Virus record (IMG/VR): IMGVR_UViG_3300020044_008989
Location: 32,001 to 96,000 of that record
Length of the DNA stretch: 64,000 nt
Strand: one strand, 5' to 3'
Source of the DNA: an uncultured virus (IMG/VR IMGVR_UViG_3300020044_008989)
Taxonomy: Duplodnaviria; Heunggongvirae; Uroviricota; Caudoviricetes
Shown here: in pieces, positions 58,080 through 64,000 of the stretch
How the letters are laid out: every line of letters starts with the position of its first letter
How positions within the stretch are numbered: the stretch's first letter is position 1
Translations under genes and position numbers: made by a program
Notes under the pieces: generated by a model
Seen by the model: only the letters and a program-made list of their open reading frames with translations
Told to the model about the DNA's origin: nothing
Database searches by the model: none

Positions 58080-58310
58080 ATGACACAAATCGCTTACAAT
58101 CAAGTCACCGACTTTCTTCAATCTCTGCGAGAAAATAGCTCAGTTTGCATTGAAAAATACGGTTACGTCATTCGCCTAGAAGAGCGGCTCGACGGAGGCT
58201 CTCACCTAGGGAAAACTATTAACGTACATCTTGGCAATGATTCGTTGAACAATTGTCTTTTGGATTGCGAGGCTATCGCGAAAGATAGTGGAAGAAAATT
58301 GACAAAATAA
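58080..58310 (+). CDS. Hypothetical protein (paralog of 52409-52687)
   Basis: Shared motifs; leaderless promoter. Confidence 0.65.
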   Translation: MTQIAYNQVTDFLQSLRENSSVCIEKYGYVIRLEERLDGGSHLGKTINVHLGNDSLNNCLLDCEAIAKDSGRKLTK

Positions 58311-58345
58311 CTTGCGGCCCATTAATTTCTCTGCTACATTCTCCC

Positions 58346-58534
58346 ATGACAACTCAAAAACAAATCCGAGATTCTTTCTGGGAAATCAATGAACAATGGG
58401 CCGACGCCAGACGTTCGCGTAAAACCCATAATGACTACAATTCAACAATCCGATGCGCGTTTGTCGATTATGTGGATTCCCTAGCCAAAAGCGGGAAAAT
58501 CTCTGAAAAGCTTGCAGATAGAGTGACGCTTTAA
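58346..58534 (+). CDS. Small hypothetical phage protein
   Basis: TTQKQIRDSFW...RCAFVDYVDSL...LADRVTL. Confidence 0.6.
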   Translation: MTTQKQIRDSFWEINEQWADARRSRKTHNDYNSTIRCAFVDYVDSLAKSGKISEKLADRVTL

Positions 58535-58542
58535 TAACTTTC

Positions 58543-58624
58543 CCTAGTATGGCGTAATTGGTAGCCGCCACCCGCTTAAGACGGGTGATCGAAAGGTGTC
58601 TCGGTTCGAGTCCGAGTACTAGGA
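58543..58624 (+). tRNA. tRNA-Leu (anticodon TAA)
   Basis: Acceptor CCTAGTA/TACTAGG; anticodon arm ACCCG-CTTAAGA-CGGGT; long variable arm; T-arm CTCGG-TTCGAGT-CCGAG; CCA not encoded. Confidence 0.92.
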
Positions 58625-58635
58625 CTTTCCCTTAT

Positions 58636-58712
58636 GTTCCTGTAGCTCAATTGTATAGAGCGCCGTCCTTCTAAGACGGGGGTTATAGGTTAGAATCCTA
58701 TCAGGAACGCCA
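58636..58712 (+). tRNA. tRNA-Arg (anticodon TCT)
   Basis: Acceptor GTTCCTG/CAGGAAC; CCGTC-CTTCTAA-GACGG; encoded CCA; atypical T-loop TTAGAAT. Confidence 0.9.
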
Positions 58713-58768
58713 GTTTAAAAACTGAAAAAATCAGTTGCGCCCCATAATTTTCTGGTTTATTGTTCCCC

Positions 58769-59014
58769 ATGAAAATTCCCCACTACGACAAGCGAGACGG
58801 CCAAAAAGATTCGGCCCTTGGATTTAAAACGATTCGTGAAATCATGGGCTTGCCATGGAATCGCGGCCTTTCGCGCTGCATTGAAGGATGTTCGCTGGAT
58901 CACAAAAAAGAACTCTCCCGCCTAAAAAGAGAAGCAAAAAAGAACGGCGAAACAATTCTCGCAACTATTTTTCACAACTACGCGGCGGAAATTTTGGTGG
59001 AAAATACAAATTGA
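58769..59014 (+). CDS. Hypothetical protein
   Basis: Start set by promoter. Confidence 0.5.
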   Translation: MKIPHYDKRDGQKDSALGFKTIREIMGLPWNRGLSRCIEGCSLDHKKELSRLKREAKKNGETILATIFHNYAAEILVENTN

Positions 59015-59051
59015 TACTTGCGTGGCGAAAAATAATCCGCTATATTGTTAC

Positions 59052-59237
59052 ATGAAAAAACAATACGGGACATTTACAAAAGAGGCCGATGGGCGCTTGT
59101 CTGGTCATGTCATTATTATTAATTCAGTGAGGAAAGATGGAAAGTACGCAGTAACGCACGCTTTCGCTACTAGCGGGAAAAGAATCAACAAAGTGTACAC
59201 AAAAGAGCAACTAGAGGAACAAATCAGCAAAATCTAG
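59052..59237 (+). CDS. Hypothetical protein
   Basis: Start set by promoter. Confidence 0.5.
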   Translation: MKKQYGTFTKEADGRLSGHVIIINSVRKDGKYAVTHAFATSGKRINKVYTKEQLEEQISKI

Positions 59238-59442
59238 TTGCGCGCCCTTCTAATCTCTGCTATATTTTCCCATGCAAACAACTCCCCTCTTCAAAGTCGT
59301 TAAAGTCATGCGAGTCTCAGGCCGCCGTCAAATCTTAGAGAAAAATCTCACTGAGTCGGAAGCCCAAAGGTGCGTGGGGAGATTCCCTAATTCGTCGCGG
59401 TCAATGGTCGTGTATTTCCGACAGTAATACCTAGTCCAACCA

Positions 59443-59543
59443 CCTAGTCAGAGCCTAAGAACTTTGACTAGGAAATTTTGCGCCCGAATATTTTTTAAAC
59501 GAAGGGTCCATGCTAACATATCACAGAATAATTCCAGAATCAA
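59443..59543 (-). ncRNA. GGACCC-family short transcript unit 2
   Basis: TTGATT-17-TATGTT-AGC-ATGGACCCTTCGTTTAAAA...CCTAGTCA/TGACTAGG hairpin. Confidence 0.5.
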
Positions 59544-59622
59544 GAAAAAAGAAAATTAATTTTTCGGTGCGAAAAATAGATTCGCCGCTTGACAGTCTAA
59601 ACTTTATCTTGTATATTCTCCC

Positions 59623-59856
59623 ATGAACATTCCAGAAACGTTTGCTAACAAAGGATGTATTTTAAATCCAGAAAACATTGCATCATGGGTTAAAGAGGAA
59701 ATTGACGCTTTCGGCATTAAAAAAGCAAAACAAATTTTCTCTGAAAGGGCTGACAGGGTTAAAGCCTTGATTCCTGATTGGGTTAAATACGTTTCGGCTA
59801 GTTTTGAGCCTTTCTATTGGCAAGCTGAAAAAATGTGGAGAGACGCAGCAAAATAA
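59623..59856 (+). CDS. Hypothetical protein
   Basis: Promoter TTGACA/TATATT. Confidence 0.55.
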   Translation: MNIPETFANKGCILNPENIASWVKEEIDAFGIKKAKQIFSERADRVKALIPDWVKYVSASFEPFYWQAEKMWRDAAK

Positions 59857-59892
59857 TTTGCATTCATTTAATCCCTCGCCTATAGTACCAGC

Positions 59893-60102
59893 ATGAACAA
59901 AATCATCACCTCTTATTTTCGCCCGAATAATCTTGTTGCTACTGAAATTGAAAATATTTCTCCGCGTGTTTTTGCTCTTATGAAAAACATTTCAGAAAAT
60001 TTCTATGATTTTAATAACGGCGAAAGGCGGAGATTCGAACATCGTGACCTAGGCACTAAGGAAAATATGGAAAAATTGTTTTCTGACCTAGAAGCGGCCT
60101 AA
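59893..60102 (+). CDS. Hypothetical protein
   Basis: Leaderless promoter. Confidence 0.5.
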   Translation: MNKIITSYFRPNNLVATEIENISPRVFALMKNISENFYDFNNGERRRFEHRDLGTKENMEKLFSDLEAA

Positions 60103-60252
60103 ATAACTTTCTTATGAGTGACTTCGACAAATATATGATTTCCCTAGGTTATCGCCTACATGAAAATGGGCAAACTTGGATTTCATGGTAAACTTTCTTA
60201 AACACCAAATACTATAGCGTCCTAAGAACCAATGGCGCGTGAATAGGTTATT

Positions 60253-60380
60253 CTCCTAGGGTCAAAAGCTCTAGGGGATTTTTGCTCGCCGCAGGGCATC
60301 CCTACGGGATAATCTTAGGGGTGTTTCTTAACACAATGAAGCGTCCATGTACAATATACAGAATAATTTGCCGCTGTCAA
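60253..60380 (-). ncRNA. GGACCC-family short transcript unit 3 (divergent)
   Basis: TTGACA-16-TATATT-GTAC-ATGGACGCTTCATT...CCTAG hairpin. Confidence 0.45.
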
Positions 60381-60458
60381 ATTAAAAACAAAAAAATATT
60401 TCGGAGCAAAAAACCAACAATTAACTTGTTTATATTCTGGGATATGGTAGATTGATTC

Positions 60459-60713
60459 ATGCAAACAAAACAAATCTTCCCGTGGAATGTCAAAATCGGT
60501 GACGTACTTGTGATGGGCGGGCCTTATGGCGGCGAGTCAAATTCTGAGATTATTGCGATCCAGAAAGGGCGCGCTCATTTTTTCCGCGCCACTAAATGGA
60601 CGTTTTTTGTAAAGGAGCCGCTTTACATGACCAAGCAATTTTCCTACTATGGCAAATTCATGGCGCAAGGTTTACAGCATGAAGCTGAAAAAGTTAAAAT
60701 TTTGAAGAAATAA
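60459..60713 (+). CDS. Hypothetical protein
   Basis: ORF in the early-type array. Confidence 0.5.
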   Translation: MQTKQIFPWNVKIGDVLVMGGPYGGESNSEIIAIQKGRAHFFRATKWTFFVKEPLYMTKQFSYYGKFMAQGLQHEAEKVKILKK

Positions 60714-60748
60714 TTTGCGCGCCCCTCTTTTCTCGCCATATTAACAAT

Positions 60749-60991
60749 ATGAATCACGACACACTCTGGCAAGCCATGAATCAAGTGGAGAAAGAACTCT
60801 CAGAATCCCGCGCCATCCCTGCGGAAGATTGGGCTGAGAAATTCTCCTACGGGGGAATTCCCTACGGCACTAGGAAAGAGGCGCATTTCCCCCTGCTCTC
60901 CTACAAGGGCAAGCCTACGAAAAAATACGGGCACGTCGTAATCGAAAGGCTTGATCGTGGCACCTATGAGGTGGTGGTGTATTGCCTGTAG
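60749..60991 (+). CDS. Hypothetical protein
   Basis: IERLDRGTYEVVVY; TTGCGC promoter. Confidence 0.55.
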   Translation: MNHDTLWQAMNQVEKELSESRAIPAEDWAEKFSYGGIPYGTRKEAHFPLLSYKGKPTKKYGHVVIERLDRGTYEVVVYCL

Positions 60992-61003
60992 TAGTAAGAT
61001 TAA

Positions 61004-61095
61004 TCCCTAGGGTAGTGCCTAGGGAATTTTTTCACGCAAAAAGCTTTTAAACTTGGGGTCCATGTACAATATACTGACAAAACATTCGGGCGCAA
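61004..61095 (-). ncRNA. GGACCC-family short transcript unit 4
   Basis: TTGCGC-16-TATATT-GTAC-ATGGACCCCAAGTTTAAAA...TCCCTAGG/CCTAGGGA hairpin. Confidence 0.55.
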
Positions 61096-61175
61096 GTATT
61101 AATTTCATATAATTTCCAGAATTAAACTTTGTAGAATAAGCTTGATTAATGTTTAGACCCTGATACTGTACCAGC

Positions 61176-61388
61176 ATGAACGAAATCATTGCAGACACAC
61201 CCGACAAAATCGCCTTTTTCAAGCTCTGCTCCCTGCGTGGGGCGCTCCGATTGGAAGCGGCAGGAATGAAATCACGCGGGAAATCCGCCACTAGCATAGC
61301 CAAATCCCTAGGCTACAAAGGAAAAACCGCTGCTGATTTGTATTATGCTGTCAACGCCAAAATCCGAGAGCTTAACCCTATCGACTAA
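61176..61388 (+). CDS. Small hypothetical phage protein
   Basis: ALRLEAAGMKSRGKSA. Confidence 0.6.
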   Translation: MNEIIADTPDKIAFFKLCSLRGALRLEAAGMKSRGKSATSIAKSLGYKGKTAADLYYAVNAKIRELNPID

Positions 61389-61673
61389 TCCATCGCCCTA
61401 GTGGGGAAAGTCTCCTCACTAGGGAATTTTCGGGCGATATTTTTGTTGACTTATTCTCTAGGACGTGGTAACTTGTTATGGTCCCCAAGTCTAAAAACCA
61501 TAAAAGTCCAGATTCCCTTAGAATTCTCGGTCTGGCGTCTCGTGCTTCCGTGCATATAACATAGAGAGGGCTGAACAATAGTCAAACTATTTCTATTATT
61601 AATTTTGAGAAAAAACTTTTGGCGCGGCAATAAATAATTGTTGATTATAGGGGCGCATGGGTTAGAGTGATAC

Positions 61674-61886
61674 ATGAAAGAAAAATTCACTTTTGAAGTC
61701 ACGGACACGTTCGGCGGTGATGCGAACTACCGCTGGGTACGCAGGCATGAGATTGAAGCTAAATCCCTGCATGGCGCGCTTTGCATTCTTTCGCGCATCG
61801 AAGGGCTGAATTTTCGCTCCGTTGGGTGTGATCGCTATGATGCGCGGGGCGCTTGCATTTGCGCTTTCTTGATAGAGGAATATTAA
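61674..61886 (+). CDS. Small hypothetical phage protein
   Basis: EVTDTFGGDANYRWVRR. Confidence 0.6.
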   Translation: MKEKFTFEVTDTFGGDANYRWVRRHEIEAKSLHGALCILSRIEGLNFRSVGCDRYDARGACICAFLIEEY

Positions 61887-61928
61887 AATAAAACTTGCGT
61901 GCCAATAAATTCTCTGGTATAGTCTCCT

Positions 61929-62285
61929 ATGAACAAAATCACCCTCGCCTATCTCGTTTGCGCTCTTTGGTCATCCACACAAGATGATGGTTCGCCTTTC
62001 GATGATGATTATGGAGTTGACGATTTTCACCCTGATTCTGTAGAAAAAGCAGCGGGCGAAATAAGTGATTTTCTTAGTCTGTTGGAGGCCGAAAATATCC
62101 TATGGGAGGAAGAAATGTCTGAGGAAAGTTTCGGTCATGATTTTTGGCTTACTAGGAATCGTCATGGCGCGGGATTCTGGGACAGAGGCTTGGGAGACCT
62201 AGGGAAAAAGCTTACCGATTGGGCACACTCCTATGGTTCGTCGGATGTTTACTTAGGCGATGATGGGAAAGTGCATTTGTCCTAG
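61929..62285 (+). CDS. Hypothetical phage early-type protein
   Basis: YLVCALWSS...GHDFWLTRNRHGAGFWDR. Confidence 0.7.
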   Translation: MNKITLAYLVCALWSSTQDDGSPFDDDYGVDDFHPDSVEKAAGEISDFLSLLEAENILWEEEMSEESFGHDFWLTRNRHGAGFWDRGLGDLGKKLTDWAHSYGSSDVYLGDDGKVHLS

Positions 62286-62349
62286 CGGAAAGTAAATAAT
62301 TGCAATTAAAAGTTGCGCGCCAGTTTTCTCTGTGCTATCTTGTCAGGCC

Positions 62350-62595
62350 ATGAACGAAAAAATCTTTTCCATCCTCTCCAATATGTTTCCAGGTTTGCCA
62401 GTCGAAAAAGCAATCGGAGAAAATGCCAAGCAAGTACGTTTTCTTACTGATACGCATGAATGCAGCATTACCGTTTTCGAGCCTAGGAATAATACTGAAG
62501 ACAAAGACTTAGCCACTCAGAAGAATTATTCTAGGAATGATAATGATATTGTCTGGCTTGGCAACGTAAGATTTTCCGCCACCAATCGCATTTAA
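62350..62595 (+). CDS. Hypothetical protein
   Basis: Start set by promoter. Confidence 0.5.
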   Translation: MNEKIFSILSNMFPGLPVEKAIGENAKQVRFLTDTHECSITVFEPRNNTEDKDLATQKNYSRNDNDIVWLGNVRFSATNRI

Positions 62596-62612
62596 CCCGT
62601 CAAATACCCTAT

Positions 62613-62879
62613 ATGAAATCCCTATCCCTCCGCTATCGTGTTTTCTCTGTCTCCTACGTCCCCGCGACAAATACTCGCCCATGTAGGGTAAAAATTAAAG
62701 ACTGCCGCCGAAATGTCTCTAGGATTATCAACTATGGCGCAAATAATAATCCAGGGGAGGATTTGGAAATAACAGCGCGCAAATACTTGCTTTCCCTAGG
62801 CATCGAGTGTCAGGCGCTAGGGATGTGTGAGAGGGATTTTTTCCTGCTGTCTGAGGATTTCATGACCCCCCTCTCCTAA
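62613..62879 (+). CDS. Small hypothetical phage protein
   Basis: SYVPATNTRPCRVKI. Confidence 0.55.
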   Translation: MKSLSLRYRVFSVSYVPATNTRPCRVKIKDCRRNVSRIINYGANNNPGEDLEITARKYLLSLGIECQALGMCERDFFLLSEDFMTPLS

Positions 62880-63200
62880 CGAGTGACTAGGTGGCTCCCC
62901 TATAGAGGTTCTTAGGGGCGGGCTCTCGTTTGTGAGAATAATTATTTTTTATTCTTCGCCAAAAGATGTTTTTTCGTTTGAAGGGTGAAAATTTATCTGG
63001 TATATTGAGAGCGGAAAGAGACGCGAGCGGGATAACAAGTACCCGCAAGATCGGCAAGCCTCTTGTCCCTGCCCACATATGGCCTTGATCTCGCGTAGCG
63101 AGTTAGCCAGACCGCTAGCAAGATCACGCCTTTTTAAAGGCGTTGCAATCCGCGCCCATCACTAACGAGGGGCGCGGATAAACAACGTAATTTTAAGATC

Positions 63201-63407
63201 ATGACAAAAAAAGAAATCAGACAAACGGTTCAAGATGAGATTGCACTCGAAAAAGCTGAATTCCAAGCAGCACGCGCAGAGTTCTATCATGAGTTTTCCA
63301 TGCATGGCGGGGATGGACCTTGGAACAACTATGGCGAAGATGAACCGCAAGAAAAGTACGTCCCCCGTCCCGCAGTTTACGCCAGCCCATCAAATTCGCC
63401 CTTTTAG
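63201..63407 (+). CDS. Hypothetical protein
   Basis: Follows a structured leader. Confidence 0.45.
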   Translation: MTKKEIRQTVQDEIALEKAEFQAARAEFYHEFSMHGGDGPWNNYGEDEPQEKYVPRPAVYASPSNSPF

Positions 63408-63486
63408 CTTTCCCGCCCTGCCTAGCGCTTCATGCGTTAGGCAGTGGGGAGCGCTAATGCTCCATTAACAACTAAAAACAAAAGAC

Positions 63487-63846
63487 ATGAACCTAACCCA
63501 ATCCGATAAGCTAGCCATCCAAACAATCCTTTCCGCAGGCCATGAGGAAAGCGCGGAATCGTTCGAGCCGCTCGAAAGCAGCCCGCGTTTCGATTATTCT
63601 GCTATTCGTGATCGAATAAACGGTTACGCGCCCCCTGCCCCCCGTAACTATGCGCCAGCATACGAAGCGGAAGAATCCCCAGACATTGGAGAGGATGAAG
63701 GGGATGAAGAGCTTGAAAGCCTCCTGCGCTCCTTTGCTCGCGACAAGCAAGGGCGCGAAGTCTCGCCCGATTTCCTCCCTTCCATGCGTAACCGTGGCGC
63801 TATTCGTGCCGAGCTTTCCAGCATGGGTGTGTCGTGGGGCGAGTAA
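63487..63846 (+). CDS. Acidic hypothetical protein
   Basis: A-rich leader; 119 aa. Confidence 0.5.
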   Translation: MNLTQSDKLAIQTILSAGHEESAESFEPLESSPRFDYSAIRDRINGYAPPAPRNYAPAYEAEESPDIGEDEGDEELESLLRSFARDKQGREVSPDFLPSMRNRGAIRAELSSMGVSWGE

Positions 63847-64000
63847 GTATTCCACCTATGATCACACTACTCTTTATCCTTATTATCTTAGGGGCCATTA
63901 TCCTATGATTAACGAGTTCCTTTCTATCCTCTCTAATGCCTCCCCCTATGAGTTAACCCTCATAGGGGGGGCAGTCCTTTCCCTAGTTACCCTCCAGTTC

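Larger units (their letters stand above)
38257..62352 (+). promoter_or_regulatory. Array of dozens of sigma70-type promoters (TTGACN or TTGCGC, 16/17-nt spacer, TAnnnT) placed 5-6 nt before start codons
   Basis: Examples at 40355, 42922, 47087, 48151, 49568, 52979, 56078, 59590. Confidence 0.85.

Noticed and set aside
56657-61303. Minus-strand ORFs 56657-56869 and 61019-61303 as full-length genes
   Set aside because: Their upstream parts run through promoters and opposite-strand genes; only the MDP... tails lie downstream of a promoter
43370-62352. Repeated intergenic motifs as a CRISPR or integron attC array
   Set aside because: The repeats are degenerate promoter boxes separated by whole genes; no identical repeats with fixed spacers; no cas or integrase gene seen
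1067-63855. Most nested or antisense 60-150 aa ORFs in the supplied track
   Set aside because: They lie within better-supported genes on the other frame or strand
1-64000. Stop-codon reassignment to explain the many short ORFs
   Set aside because: Long conserved genes are intact in code 11, all three stop codons are used, and the short genes have their own promoters

Overview
This window looks like part of a large, AT-rich, tailed dsDNA phage genome (Caudoviricetes) using genetic code 11. I found no rRNA, CRISPR array, integrase or transposase. 1-6.4 kb: glycan-modification cluster (GT2/GT7-like, SAM methyltransferase, GT29/MptE-like, GT4, a GT9 split over two ORFs) plus a Whirly-like ssDNA-binding protein. 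8.8-16 kb (minus strand): isolated lambda-like tail-tip module (L-K-I-J) ending in a protein with a mucin-like Thr/Pro N-terminus. 16-43 kb: nucleases/HNH, nucleotidyltransferase, sulfotransferase, GH46-like lysin, ThyX, ECF sigma factor, UvsE, RuvB-like ATPase and many small ORFs. 43-64 kb: dense array of small early-type genes, most with their own sigma70-like promoter placed so the transcript is leaderless, plus tRNA-Leu(TAA) and tRNA-Arg(TCT). The most unusual signals are non-coding: (1) an array at 22.7-23.5 kb of tRNA-shaped RNAs with intact acceptor stem and T-arm but replaced D/anticodon domains, one with Ala identity elements; (2) a dispersed family of promoter-driven, mostly antisense short transcripts beginning (AT)GG(A/T)C at 56.6-61.5 kb; (3) strong local enrichment of CCTAGG in the last ~12 kb; (4) further large structured intergenic RNAs. 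All protein calls come from motif recognition by eye, with no database search.
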